This document shows positions 8,434-18,834 of a stretch of 42,266 bases of DNA, in pieces. The position numbers and the translations under genes were made by a program. Where the stretch lies: positions 1 to 42,266 of IMG/VR virus record IMGVR_UViG_3300020152_000012; one strand, written 5' to 3'. The notes beneath the pieces were generated by a model. It made no database searches and was not told where the DNA came from. It saw only the letters and a program-made list of their open reading frames with translations. Each line of letters opens with the position of its first letter. Position 1 is the stretch's first letter. Source of the stretch: a virus (Duplodnaviria; Caudoviricetes).

Positions 8434-9957
8434 ATGAGAGAATTGGCGCAAGCCTTGTCAATGTTATATGCTGGATATGACCAAGCATATGGAACCTTCA
8501 AAATAACGGGTTCTAGAGACCGGGATAATAAACAAAAAGGTATCGCTAAGGTTATTAAGGCCGAAGTAAACCTCCAGTTGTGGATTAACCACATCATGGG
8601 AGAAGCATCTCTTGGCATTGTACCTATCCGCGTAGATAATACCTGTGTATTTGGAGCTATTGACATTGATGTGTACCCTATTAATATAGGCGAAGTCATG
8701 CAGAAAGTTAGTGAGCAAAACTTTCCATTAGTTCCCACAACAACTAAATCTGGTGGATTGCATCTCTGGCTATTCACTACCGAACCTGTATCCGCTGAAG
8801 TCATGCAGCGGAAGCTTAGAGAAATGGCCGCTGTCTTAGGATTCGGCGGCAGTGAAATATTTCCTAAACAAACTGAAGTTCTTACAGATCGAGGAGATGT
8901 CGGCTCCTGGATTAACATGCCTTATTTTGACCATGAGAAAACTACTCGTCATGGGGTATACATCGATGGGGCAGTTCAAACCCTTGAAGAATATATCGAG
9001 TTTGCAAACGAAAATAAGGTAACACCTGACCAATTAGACCGTCTTGTCACACATCAAGATGCTCCTAAAAGCGACCTTCATCAAGGCCCACCATGCCTTC
9101 AGTTACTTGCATCTCAAGGATTCCCCGCAGGTACCCGTAATATAGGATTATACAATCTGGGCGTATATGCTAAGAAAAGTAATCCTGATATGTGGGAAAA
9201 AATCATTGAGCAATTTAATGTAAAATACATGGACCCGCCACTAGGCTCTAGTGAAATCAAAGAGTTAGTTAAAAGTCTTAAGAAAAAGGATTATCAGTAC
9301 CAGTGCAAAGTTCAACCTCTATATGGACACTGTAATTCGGTTACATGTCGTAGTCGTAAGTACGGAGTAGGCAATCATCAAGGTATGCCTATCATCACTA
9401 GCCTGACCAAATACAATACACAACCACCTGTTTGGTTCGTGGATGTTGAAGGCGGAGGCCGAGTAGAATTAGCCACTGAAGATTTACAGATGCAATCTCG
9501 TTTCCAGAAGAGATGTATGGATGCTTTGAATGCGATGCCGCCAGTAATGAAGCAAGACGTCTGGCAGGGAATGATTCAAGCCCTCTTGGAAAACGTAGAA
9601 GTGATTGATGCTCCTAGGGATGCCTCTCCAAGAGGGCTGCTTATTGAATATCTGGAACGGTTCTGTACTCAACGTGCTCAAGCTAAGATGAAGGAAGAAG
9701 TTATCCTAGGTAAACCATTCACTGAAGGTGGTTTCCATTATATTCGGATGAGTGACTTCTTGGCGTACCTTGAACGCAACAAGTTCCGTGAGTTTAAACA
9801 AACGCAAATTGCTAATATACTTAAAAATGATTTAGGGGCTAACCATTCCTTTTTTAATGTTAAAGGAAAAGGCGTTAACTGCTGGGCTATCCCTGAATTT
9901 GCAAGCGGGTCTTTAGACCTTGATGTTCCATCAGAAATAAAACCTCCACCATATTAG
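8434..9957 (+). CDS. AEP-type primase/replication protein with PriCT-like domain
   Basis: GAIDIDVY (DxD), SGGLHLWLF (SxxxH), PPC...GTRNIGL, Cys/His cluster. Confidence 0.75.
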   Translation: MRELAQALSMLYAGYDQAYGTFKITGSRDRDNKQKGIAKVIKAEVNLQLWINHIMGEASLGIVPIRVDNTCVFGAIDIDVYPINIGEVMQKVSEQNFPLVPTTTKSGGLHLWLFTTEPVSAEVMQRKLREMAAVLGFGGSEIFPKQTEVLTDRGDVGSWINMPYFDHEKTTRHGVYIDGAVQTLEEYIEFANENKVTPDQLDRLVTHQDAPKSDLHQGPPCLQLLASQGFPAGTRNIGLYNLGVYAKKSNPDMWEKIIEQFNVKYMDPPLGSSEIKELVKSLKKKDYQYQCKVQPLYGHCNSVTCRSRKYGVGNHQGMPIITSLTKYNTQPPVWFVDVEGGGRVELATEDLQMQSRFQKRCMDALNAMPPVMKQDVWQGMIQALLENVEVIDAPRDASPRGLLIEYLERFCTQRAQAKMKEEVILGKPFTEGGFHYIRMSDFLAYLERNKFREFKQTQIANILKNDLGANHSFFNVKGKGVNCWAIPEFASGSLDLDVPSEIKPPPY

Positions 9958-9968
9958 AAAGTATTATC

Positions 9969-11402
9969 ATGCAGAATATCTTATTAGGGCCTCCAGGGAC
10001 CGGGAAAACAACTACCCTTCTTTCTTTAGTTGATGAACAATTCCAAAAAGGCATTGAGCCAAATCGGATTGGATTCTTTTCTTTCACAACTAAAGCGGCT
10101 AATGAAGCCGTTGAACGAGCTTGTACTAAATTCAAGCTTAAGCCAACAGATCTTCCATACTTTAAGACGGTTCACTCGCTAGCTTTTAACTGGTTAGGTA
10201 TGTCTACTCAAGGAGTGCTTAACCGAAAGCATTACCGCCAAATATTTGATTTACTTGGTATTGAATATACCGGTAAAGCAATTGATGAGGATGATACTAA
10301 TTCAGGTTCCGGAGCTACTCTTGGAGATAAGATTCTGTTTATTCAGAATCTATCCAAAGCTAAAATGCGCCCTCTTAAAGATGAGTGGGAAGAATCTGAC
10401 TTTAATGAAGAAGTCTTGTGGGATGAGTTGGAACGTTTCCAAAGAACTCTAGACGATTATAAAGCAGCTCATGGTCTTATAGACTTCAATGATATGCTAG
10501 AAATGTTCATTGAGCATCCTGGCCATAAGCCTATATTTGACGCAATCTTTGTGGATGAAGCTCAAGACTTATCTAAGCTTCAATGGTCAGCTCTCGATAA
10601 GATTCTTCCGACCTGTCCTACAGTTTATATTGCTGGTGATGATGACCAAGCAATTTTTAGATGGGCAGGAGCCGACGTAGACCACTTCATCAGTCTTGAA
10701 GGTAACGCCCGAGTCTTGAATAAGTCTTATCGGCTACGTAAAAATGTTCACTCTATCTGCCACGGTATTATCTCTCAAGTAGATAATCGTCGACAGAAAG
10801 AATTTAATCCAAGAGAGGATGGCGGTTATGTCGAGTACATTAGTGATTGTAGTGATATTGATATGTCTAGCGGCACTTGGCTTTTATTGGCTAGGAATTC
10901 TTACTTGCTACGAGCTTATGAAGATATTTGCCTTAGCTCTGGTTATTCATATTCTGGCCGCAATTCTCCTTTAGAGTCAGATGAACTAAAGGCTATTAGA
11001 GCCTACGAGAATTGGCGTAAAGGAAATATGCCCTCAGATTCTGAGCGTAAACTTATTCTGAAGTTTTCTCGTACATTACCAGATAAGCCTTCAATCATCT
11101 GGCATGAGCAGCTAACCAAGATGGATGTAAAGTTACGTGAATACTTTATTGCGGCTCTTCGTCGAGGTGAATCTCTGACTAAGGTTCCACGTATTAGAAT
11201 ATCCACTATACATGGAGCTAAGGGTGCTGAAGCTGATAATGTAGTTGTGATGTCGGATATATCTAATAGGTGTTATCAGGCCTTACAGCTTAACCCAGAT
11301 GATGAACATCGAGTCGCTTATGTGGCAGCTTCAAGAGCACGTGAGAATTTATATGTCATTATGCCTAGAACTAGTAATTTTTATGATTATTCTATGCTTT
11401 AG
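9969..11402 (+). CDS. UvrD/Rep-like SF1 helicase
   Basis: GPPGTGKTT, VDEAQDL, GDDDQAIFRW, TIHGAKGAEAD, YVAASRAR. Confidence 0.93.
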   Translation: MQNILLGPPGTGKTTTLLSLVDEQFQKGIEPNRIGFFSFTTKAANEAVERACTKFKLKPTDLPYFKTVHSLAFNWLGMSTQGVLNRKHYRQIFDLLGIEYTGKAIDEDDTNSGSGATLGDKILFIQNLSKAKMRPLKDEWEESDFNEEVLWDELERFQRTLDDYKAAHGLIDFNDMLEMFIEHPGHKPIFDAIFVDEAQDLSKLQWSALDKILPTCPTVYIAGDDDQAIFRWAGADVDHFISLEGNARVLNKSYRLRKNVHSICHGIISQVDNRRQKEFNPREDGGYVEYISDCSDIDMSSGTWLLLARNSYLLRAYEDICLSSGYSYSGRNSPLESDELKAIRAYENWRKGNMPSDSERKLILKFSRTLPDKPSIIWHEQLTKMDVKLREYFIAALRRGESLTKVPRIRISTIHGAKGAEADNVVVMSDISNRCYQALQLNPDDEHRVAYVAASRARENLYVIMPRTSNFYDYSML

Positions 11403-11441
11403 GCGCTCGGATATTCTCGGATAATACACTAGGACATAAGA

Positions 11442-12908
11442 ATGCATACGTCAAATATCATCGAAAATACATACAAAACACCTGGAAAAGCCCATCAATT
11501 GAAGGCTTTGGAACTAGGTGCATACGCTCCTTATTTCGCCTATCTTATGGAAATGGGCACAGGTAAGTCTTGGGTATATATCAATAATATTGCTTGGCTA
11601 TATCGAGCTAAGGAAATTGGGGCTGCTATCTATTTGGCCCCTAAAGGAGCTTACCGCGACTTTTGTGATATTCAAATACAAGCTCACATGCCTGAAGATA
11701 TTCCATATGAACTTCTTATCTGGCAAAGTCCTCTCCCAAAGGACTGGGATGAACGGGTTAAACGAGCATATAAATCGGATAAACTAGTAATCCTCTGTAT
11801 GAATGTAGAATCTCTGGCTTATGATTCAGGTCAAGAGTTTCTTTGGCGATTCATTGAAAAGGTTCCTGGCCAGATTATGATGGGCATAGATGAATCTACT
11901 TGCATCAAGAATCATAAAACTAAACGCGGTGCTTTCCTTATTAAGATGGGGAAATACGTCAAGTATCGTCGTATCATGTCTGGAAGCCCTATTACTAGAA
12001 GCCCTCTAGATATGTTTGGCCAGGCCATGTTCTTAAGTTCTAAGGCTTTGGGCTTTACCAGTTATTATGCTTTTAGAGCTCGTTACGCCGTTATGCGGGA
12101 ACAGAAATTAACTGGTGGTAGAACAATCCCAATCGTTACTGGATACCAGCGTCTTGATGAGTTGAAAGATGTGGTTAAACGATTTTCCTTTCGTGTGCTC
12201 AAAAAGGACTGTCTGGATTTACCACCTAAGATATATCAGTATCGAGATGTGGAACTTACTAAGGAACAGATTGCAGCCTATAAACAGCTGGCTAAAGAAG
12301 GTGTTGCATACTTGGGAGAGGAACATGGTACAGTAACAGCTGTCGGAACTCTAGCCCTCTTGACTCGGCTGCAACAGGTTACCTGTGGATTTATTGGCCT
12401 GGAAGATGGCTCAGTTCTGGACCTGCCTTCCAAGAGGTTAGATACTCTTATGGAAACGGTAGAGCAGGTCTCAGGTAAAGCTATTATCTGGTCCCACTTT
12501 ACGCACAATATTCGTCAGATTATTGATGCCCTTAGAAAGGAATACGGCGATGAATCGGTGGTACATTATTATGGCGCTACAACTGATGACGAACGCGCGC
12601 TTGCAAAAAACAGATTCCAAAACGATCCAAAGTGTAGATTCTTCGTGGGTAATCCCGCTACTGGTAGATATAGCCTTACTCTTACTAAAGCTACTACTGT
12701 TATATATTTCAGTAATAGTTATGACTTAGAGTTTAGGAATCAATCAGAAGACCGTGCACATCGTATCGGTCAAGATGAATCGGTAGTCTACATAGATTTG
12801 GTTTCTAGGAAGACTACCGACGAGTTGATTTACAAGAGTTTAAAAATGAAGATAGATATTGCTTCAAGTATTACTGGTGACGATTTAAAAGAATGGCTAG
12901 TTCTCTGA
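11442..12908 (+). CDS. SNF2-family SF2 helicase
   Basis: MEMGTGKS, IDES, SGSP, QSEDRAHRIGQ. Confidence 0.92.
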   Translation: MHTSNIIENTYKTPGKAHQLKALELGAYAPYFAYLMEMGTGKSWVYINNIAWLYRAKEIGAAIYLAPKGAYRDFCDIQIQAHMPEDIPYELLIWQSPLPKDWDERVKRAYKSDKLVILCMNVESLAYDSGQEFLWRFIEKVPGQIMMGIDESTCIKNHKTKRGAFLIKMGKYVKYRRIMSGSPITRSPLDMFGQAMFLSSKALGFTSYYAFRARYAVMREQKLTGGRTIPIVTGYQRLDELKDVVKRFSFRVLKKDCLDLPPKIYQYRDVELTKEQIAAYKQLAKEGVAYLGEEHGTVTAVGTLALLTRLQQVTCGFIGLEDGSVLDLPSKRLDTLMETVEQVSGKAIIWSHFTHNIRQIIDALRKEYGDESVVHYYGATTDDERALAKNRFQNDPKCRFFVGNPATGRYSLTLTKATTVIYFSNSYDLEFRNQSEDRAHRIGQDESVVYIDLVSRKTTDELIYKSLKMKIDIASSITGDDLKEWLVL

Positions 12909-12934
12909 GAAATCTCAGAACGGTTTTCGTTACT

Positions 12935-13540
12935 CTAACTAGCTCTTTCTTGTCCATCTTGAGTTATTGGTATATTCCAAAATTTGTATATGTGTCGTTG
13001 GATAAATCCAATCCAGTAACAGATTTGACTTGTTGAGATATATCCACCATGACCAGTCCCAGGTTTTCCTTCAATATTAAGGACCCTGGGATTCGGTCCA
13101 GTATAACCATCTTTACCTAAACATCCAAACTTATGTAGCGGTAGCATATTTCCCATATATAAAGCCCGGTCATCTCGGCTATGTATATTATATATGATAC
13201 CAAATCCTTCATCTGTAAGAGCTGTATCGCATTCAGCAGCAGCTCCGAAGAAGAATACTTGGGAGTATTGAGCTCCCATTTTCATAGCTTCAATAACTAG
13301 TAAACAACCAAAGCTATGTGCAATAACGACATCTCCTGGCCTAGACTGGTTATATAGTGCCTTTGCTCTCCGAGAAATAGCGAATGAGCTATAGCCAAGA
13401 AGTGCAGTCATTAAAGGGTATTTGACATCATAAACATCAAACTCATAACTAAGGCCCCCTAGTACCTTATCAGTGAAAGAATCCTCTGACCACGAAAAAT
13501 TAAGGATTCCATTTACCCCAATAATTCGTGGCTTGTTCAT
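12935..13540 (-). CDS. Alpha/beta-hydrolase (lipase/esterase-like) in the lysis cassette
   Basis: IAHSFG nucleophile elbow, HSRDD, GHGGY; ATG 13540 overlaps the endolysin stop (ATGA). Confidence 0.75.
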   Translation of the reverse strand: MNKPRIIGVNGILNFSWSEDSFTDKVLGGLSYEFDVYDVKYPLMTALLGYSSFAISRRAKALYNQSRPGDVVIAHSFGCLLVIEAMKMGAQYSQVFFFGAAAECDTALTDEGFGIIYNIHSRDDRALYMGNMLPLHKFGCLGKDGYTGPNPRVLNIEGKPGTGHGGYISTSQICYWIGFIQRHIYKFWNIPITQDGQERAS

Positions 13541-13974
13541 GGGTATTCTTTCCATGGTAGCTGGAAGTGTGGACCATCCCAACCCCACAAATCGTAGCCC
13601 CATTCAATCTTGACTCCGAGTTCTTTTGCAGCCGCCTTCATAGCATCAGCAATCGGCTTATAATGAGCCATTACCCAGGATACATCTAAATCACCATCAC
13701 CATCCAGATCGGTAAGAGCCCACAAATCAACGGCACAAGAAAGTCTGCATCGGTTGCTCTCTGGAATATGCCTTGAACGAAGGGTTTTACTGGCTCCAGT
13801 ACGAACATACTTCTTTTGAGTTTCAAGAGTACGAACTCCTTCACCCACTTTGAAATCGACTGTAGTAAGCTTGATAGCTAGTTGGACTACACGAACTAAG
13901 TCAGGGTGTACACCATTCAGTCGTTTAGTCGAGCCCGTACTTAGCCGAAAGCCGCTAGTTTCTTTTGTGGTCAT
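13537..13974 (-). CDS. Endolysin, M15-family L-Ala-D-Glu peptidase
   Basis: GVHPDL, EGVRTLETQ, SRH...AVDL, WG...DGPHFQL. Confidence 0.9.
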   Translation of the reverse strand: MTTKETSGFRLSTGSTKRLNGVHPDLVRVVQLAIKLTTVDFKVGEGVRTLETQKKYVRTGASKTLRSRHIPESNRCRLSCAVDLWALTDLDGDGDLDVSWVMAHYKPIADAMKAAAKELGVKIEWGYDLWGWDGPHFQLPWKEYP

Positions 13975-14251
13975 TTTTGAGTTCCCCCAAGATTTCAGAT
14001 AACATTAAATTTGTAAAAGACTGCTGAGCTTCTAACTTAGCAATCTTCTCAGGAATATGCTTATAGTTATCTGATTGTGCAGCCTTGAATTCTTCCAGGT
14101 TTTTTAACCTGTTTTCAGTATTCGTTGTAAACGTGGCGATGTACCAAACCAAGAGGGCCGTTTGTCCCAGCATAGCAATAATAACCGCAACTGGAATGTG
14201 CTTATCTATAGTCCATCTTGAATGTCGTACTTGTCGTTCTATAGGCTCCAT
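13955..14251 (-). CDS. Putative holin (single TM plus coiled coil)
   Basis: One hydrophobic segment; overlaps the endolysin start. Confidence 0.55.
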   Translation of the reverse strand: MEPIERQVRHSRWTIDKHIPVAVIIAMLGQTALLVWYIATFTTNTENRLKNLEEFKAAQSDNYKHIPEKIAKLEAQQSFTNLMLSEILGELKNDHKRN

Positions 14252-14272
14252 TCCAGCCCCCTCCCCTACTTA

Positions 14273-14683
14273 TTATGTAGCAGAATATACAAGGACATCG
14301 AGTTGTCCACGTCCTGCATCTATATCGAGACCTTGTGCACTCCAACCGATCAACTTGACCCAGGCATCGGCGATATATTGATCTGCTGTCCACACGCCCA
14401 CTCTGGTTTCCGTGTAATGGTGCATGTTGGGCGTTACATTAATCGAACCATGCGGACCGATATATTCCAGCATGTTTTCCGAGCCACCTACCTGCCCGTC
14501 AATCCCTAGCTGACATGCAACATGCACATTTGAGGATGACTCGCTGGACACCTGAAACTGGCCCGACACCTGAATGATGTCGCCAATATTGACTTCACCG
14601 ATATTGACCGCAAGCACCTTGCTTTTGCGATAGCCGTCTAAGATATTTGTTCTTAAAAGTTCTTTTGACTGATAGTGCTGCAT
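14273..14683 (-). CDS. Hypothetical beta-rich protein, possibly tail-fibre associated
   Basis: Abuts the tail fibre stop; alternating beta-strand pattern. Confidence 0.6.
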   Translation of the reverse strand: MQHYQSKELLRTNILDGYRKSKVLAVNIGEVNIGDIIQVSGQFQVSSESSSNVHVACQLGIDGQVGGSENMLEYIGPHGSINVTPNMHHYTETRVGVWTADQYIADAWVKLIGWSAQGLDIDAGRGQLDVLVYSAT

Positions 14684-16288
14684 CTATGCGTACTCCTCGA
14701 TGATTAAAATTCCCGCCCTGCCCGCAGCTCCAGCAGCTGAAGAAGAAGCACGGTACCCGCCAGCTCCGCCAGCTCCGTAACCTACAGACGGCAGAGATGT
14801 ATTGTTACTATCTGGTGTCCCGGTAAATCCCAGTGGGCAATTGCCACCTAAACCATTATTGATGGATACGGAGCCTCCACCTCCTCTTCCTCCATTTGCA
14901 CCACTAATGGCCACAATAGTCATGAAACCACCAGAAGCAGAAGTTGATCCTCCAGAGGCTGGAGTTACACCTCCACCGGCATTGCCGCCTGATCCTCCAT
15001 TTGCCGCCAGCGTATTTGTTCCATCGCTCCAGGAGGTATTTCCTCCACTACCCCCACTAGCACCAGCAGTACCTGCAGCCCCCGCAGAGCCAACAGTAAT
15101 AGTAGAAGAAACAACTGCGTCAAGGTTAAGTAAGGCTTTTATGTAGCCCCCAGCAGCACCACCACCACCCACAGTATCATTTGAGGTAGATGAATGACCA
15201 CCTCCGCCACCGCCCCCTAAGGCTGTTATGATTACGCGACGTGTTCCAGCTGTAGGTGTATAATTGCCAGAAGCAGTAAATATCTGAATATTTAACAGTA
15301 GCCCGAAAGTCTCCCCTGTGGAGAGCATCGCTCGGGTAATAGAGTTATCTGCAGGAACGCCTAGTGCGGCACCAACCCAAGCGGTCCCGTTGTATACCTT
15401 GAAGATTTTGGATATGGTATTCCAATAAACAGCACCTTCAATAAGGGCATTACCATCGTTATCTAACGTAGGGTCTGCAGCTTTACTCCCAAGAAACCTG
15501 TCATCGAATTGGTCGAAGAGAGTTTCGACATTAGCTTCACTTGCTGCAGTGTTAGCTTCACTTGTTGCTGCGTTAGTTTCAGAAGTAGCAGCTGCCGTTT
15601 CACTTGCTGCCGCATTAGCCTCGGAAGTTGCTGCATTAGTCGCAGATGTAGCTGCCGCAGTTTCACTGGCCGCTGCGTTGGTTTCGGAAGTTGCTGCAGC
15701 CGTTTCGCTTGCGGCTGCATTAGTCGCAGATGTAGCCGCATTAGTTGCAGATGTAGCCGCCGCAGATGCACTATTAGAGGCATTAGTCGCAGAGGTGGCA
15801 GCTGCAGTTTCACTATCTTCAGCAGCGTCAGCAGCATCTTCAGCAGCAGCTACTGCAGCGCTAATAGAGGTCAATAATTCATCTGGAGTAGTTGAATCGT
15901 TAGCATCTACTTTTACAGAGCGGTCAATAGCTTCTTGTTGCTCTTGACAGATGCGAGTAAGCTTATCTAAAGCTTCTTCATGGGATTCCGCTGGAAAATC
16001 ATCGCCTTCGATATAATCAGTTTCTTGAGTATGTGGCGTTTGGCGAATAAGCAATACATTAGCGGTACCTGCTGCTGGAGCTGTGCCAAATGTTATACTG
16101 CCTCCAAGACTTTCACCAACGCCTGTAATCGTATAGTCAGTATTCAACTCTTGAAGCTCAAGAACACCAGCTATTTCTAGATAAACTTTAAGTTCAGCTG
16201 CGTCACTGATATAGAAATCGTATGCAAAGGTGACTACTCCGCCAGTGCCGTTGTAAATCTTTTTGGTCGTGCTATTAGAGATAGTCAT
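14684..16288 (-). CDS. Tail fibre
   Basis: T7 gp17-like N-terminal anchor (FAYDFYI...DYTITG...EEALDKLT), Ala/Ser/Thr coiled coil, DPTLDNDGNAL motif, Gly-rich C-terminus. Confidence 0.88.
   Translation of the reverse strand: MTISNSTTKKIYNGTGGVVTFAYDFYISDAAELKVYLEIAGVLELQELNTDYTITGVGESLGGSITFGTAPAAGTANVLLIRQTPHTQETDYIEGDDFPAESHEEALDKLTRICQEQQEAIDRSVKVDANDSTTPDELLTSISAAVAAAEDAADAAEDSETAAATSATNASNSASAAATSATNAATSATNAAASETAAATSETNAAASETAAATSATNAATSEANAAASETAAATSETNAATSEANTAASEANVETLFDQFDDRFLGSKAADPTLDNDGNALIEGAVYWNTISKIFKVYNGTAWVGAALGVPADNSITRAMLSTGETFGLLLNIQIFTASGNYTPTAGTRRVIITALGGGGGGGHSSTSNDTVGGGGAAGGYIKALLNLDAVVSSTITVGSAGAAGTAGASGGSGGNTSWSDGTNTLAANGGSGGNAGGGVTPASGGSTSASGGFMTIVAISGANGGRGGGGSVSINNGLGGNCPLGFTGTPDSNNTSLPSVGYGAGGAGGYRASSSAAGAAGRAGILIIEEYA
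15530..15860 (-). repeat. Imperfect 21-nt tandem repeats encoding heptads (AAATSET/NAAASET/NAATSAT)
   Basis: Recurring gcattagtcgcagatgtagc and gtttcact units. Confidence 0.8.
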
Positions 16289-18834
16289 CTTACGCCCTCA
16301 AGCATTTGATCGCCCCCACCATAAGGAATTACATCCGAAGGAGGAACATAAAACTCTTGGTTATTTTCTCTCATTATACTTTGTTCTAATCTCCGAAGAT
16401 ACCCTGGATTGATACTTTCCTGTAACTGATAAATAAATAAGTAGTCCAAAGCCGCTCTTGTGTAGAACAGATTTACAAAGGGAGTGTTATTGATTATAAG
16501 TTTCATAACCTTGGCAGCGGAGTCCTCTCCTTTTTGCAAGGCCGTTTTTAATCGGAACAGTTCTTCCATAGTAGAAGCAGTAGGTCCTAACGCAGTAGCT
16601 AGGAAACTATTACCGTGGCGAGAATATTCTCCCAGGATAAAGTCTCCATAGATACCCAAACCGCCACCTTGGAGCATAGCTGCTTTCCATGTATCAGGAC
16701 TATTTGGGTCTCGTGGTTCTCTACCTTTAAGAGTATCTTTAGCTGCCATGGCAACGTAACCAAAGAGGGTTGACATGACCATAAGATGTGCTAGCCCTAA
16801 CATGTCGCCTTTGCCTTTGAATAAAGCTTCTGTTAGGTTATCTGCTCCAGAGCCGTATAGTGTACGACCAAGGCCTTTACGTATAACCGTAACTGGGAAA
16901 GACTTGAATTGGGCGATATATCTAGTTGCTTCACCTAGCACCGTTCCTACTTGAGTGCCTTGATTAAACAAAGCTTTTTCATAAGCTCCTGGATGTGGGA
17001 CAGCTATGTCAGCAGAATCAACTAAGAATGACTGAAGAGAGGTCTCTATGTCATTTCGCTTGACTTCTAGGGCTCGGATAACCGCGGAGTCACTCATACC
17101 CTGAGGTAGGTCTAGGGCTGATTTGACCCGATTTATATCAATTTCGGCTATCTTATCAGGGGTAATATACTTATTACCACTCTCAGCCGCATATGCTGTT
17201 TCGCGAATAATGTCCCATTCTTTTTCAGTGATGTTATACTGGCGAAGATTCTTTTGTAAGTCAGGCCGAAGCTTATCAAAAGATAAAGAAGCATTTTCAG
17301 CCAAGTCATTTGAAATCATGAGGCCAACACCTGTTTTATGGGAGTCAGTCCACCAAGACATCAAATTAAGTTTGAAGAATCTCTGCTGTACTTTAGCCAT
17401 AGTACCAGGCAAAGTATCTTCAGTAGAAAATCTAGAAGCAATATCAGATATGATTCCATCGACGCCTACTCCTATGAGGCGAGCAATTTCTTTCTGCTCT
17501 TTGCTACCCCGTCCACGAATCAAGTTTTGAAAACTGTTGGCATAGCTTTCTAAAAGACCATGTCCTTGGTACCGTAATAAAGCTGCTTGAAAAGGAATAT
17601 CCGTTATAGATGAAATAACTGCTCCACCTAGCTTAGATAGGTTATTAATCATTCTCCAGCCATGACCAATACGAGCAGCTGTAATGTTGTTTCCTGGAAT
17701 CTTAGTTTTCCCAGTTAATTCAGCCATGATGTTATTAATCATAGAGGAATTCAAGGATTTAAGCTTCTTAGGGTCATCGGCAAATTGGTGACGTAGCTTT
17801 TCTTGGATTTTAGCCATCATGATTTCAGGGTTAGTTCCAAGCCCTTCCATTAAGGAAATATTGCGGGCGCCCATTTCGAAACCTAGGAAGACAGCTTCTC
17901 GAAGTTCTCGACTTCCGAATTGTTGGTTGTAGCTATGCCAATGCTCTGCGGATTTAAAGTGCAGTACCCGCTCTTTACTAAGCTTTTTGGCCAGGTTGGC
18001 AGGTCCCTTAAATCCAGAAAGGTCAACGTCTCCGGCGCCTGATTGATCGGCTTTGGCTTTAATATGCATCCCAGTAGATAGACCACCGTAGGCTTCTTTA
18101 AGGAACTCGTCAATATCAGCACCTTTGAACGTTTTATCCACATCAAGCAAGGGTAATATCGCGCTTCTCCAAGCATCATAGCCAGCTTTCCTTAAGGCAA
18201 CAGTATTATGAGTCTGTTTTACAATATAGCCTGGAGCTAACCTAATAAAGGCTCCAGCTTTATTTTGCCTATCAATCAAGTCATTTTGAAACTTATTGAT
18301 AACAGCTGCAATCTTTTGGGCCTCCAGATTTTTGGTAATACCAATCTGCCCGTGAGGAAGTTCCCACAGTTCTCTAGCAATATCTAGGTCCATCTTACCA
18401 GATGCAAAGTGTTCAAGGAGCCCGTCAGCTTCTAAGTCGTGAATCATCTGTCCTAGATACTTAGTAGTTAGAGCTCTGCCACGGGCATCTACGGAATCAC
18501 GAATACCTGGTATGTCTTTAAGTCCTCCAGCCAAGTACGCTTTCAGAGCCTCTCCTGGATCAGTAAAGTTGCTTACATGGCCCATAATTCGTTTTTCAAC
18601 TTGAGCATTAATCAGGGCGTTTCTCTTTTCCAAGAGGGCTGATTCTTTTAGAGCTCGAGCAGTACTGTACATGAGGTCTTGCATTTTCTCATCAAGACTT
18701 GCAAGAGTATTAGAATCTTGAGAAGCAGCTAATTCATCGATTTCCTCAAGCAATTTTTCAGCCGCATCCTCATCTAAATAGTCTTTAGAAGCTTCTTTGA
18801 TAAGGGCAATACACTGTTTGTATGAATTCTTCAT
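16285..18834 (-). CDS. Internal virion (ejection) protein
   Basis: Position before the fibre; QFKSFP and QGGGLGIYGDF motifs familiar from BPP-1-like large structural proteins. Confidence 0.75.
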   Translation of the reverse strand: MKNSYKQCIALIKEASKDYLDEDAAEKLLEEIDELAASQDSNTLASLDEKMQDLMYSTARALKESALLEKRNALINAQVEKRIMGHVSNFTDPGEALKAYLAGGLKDIPGIRDSVDARGRALTTKYLGQMIHDLEADGLLEHFASGKMDLDIARELWELPHGQIGITKNLEAQKIAAVINKFQNDLIDRQNKAGAFIRLAPGYIVKQTHNTVALRKAGYDAWRSAILPLLDVDKTFKGADIDEFLKEAYGGLSTGMHIKAKADQSGAGDVDLSGFKGPANLAKKLSKERVLHFKSAEHWHSYNQQFGSRELREAVFLGFEMGARNISLMEGLGTNPEIMMAKIQEKLRHQFADDPKKLKSLNSSMINNIMAELTGKTKIPGNNITAARIGHGWRMINNLSKLGGAVISSITDIPFQAALLRYQGHGLLESYANSFQNLIRGRGSKEQKEIARLIGVGVDGIISDIASRFSTEDTLPGTMAKVQQRFFKLNLMSWWTDSHKTGVGLMISNDLAENASLSFDKLRPDLQKNLRQYNITEKEWDIIRETAYAAESGNKYITPDKIAEIDINRVKSALDLPQGMSDSAVIRALEVKRNDIETSLQSFLVDSADIAVPHPGAYEKALFNQGTQVGTVLGEATRYIAQFKSFPVTVIRKGLGRTLYGSGADNLTEALFKGKGDMLGLAHLMVMSTLFGYVAMAAKDTLKGREPRDPNSPDTWKAAMLQGGGLGIYGDFILGEYSRHGNSFLATALGPTASTMEELFRLKTALQKGEDSAAKVMKLIINNTPFVNLFYTRAALDYLFIYQLQESINPGYLRRLEQSIMRENNQEFYVPPSDVIPYGGGDQMLEGVR

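Noticed and set aside
7938-8918. 326-aa minus-strand ORF
   Set aside because: Antisense to the well-supported SSB-like and primase genes, with no recognisable motifs.
8434-9957. Integrase
   Set aside because: Motifs fit an AEP primase; no tyrosine or serine recombinase catalytic pattern seen.
15463-15947. Alternative-frame ORFs and repeats resembling a CRISPR array or separate genes
   Set aside because: They are shadows of the Ala-rich heptad repeats in the tail fibre, with no unique spacers.
14273-16288. Diversity-generating retroelement, given the BPP-1-like virion genes
   Set aside because: No reverse transcriptase ORF and no TR/VR repeat pair seen.
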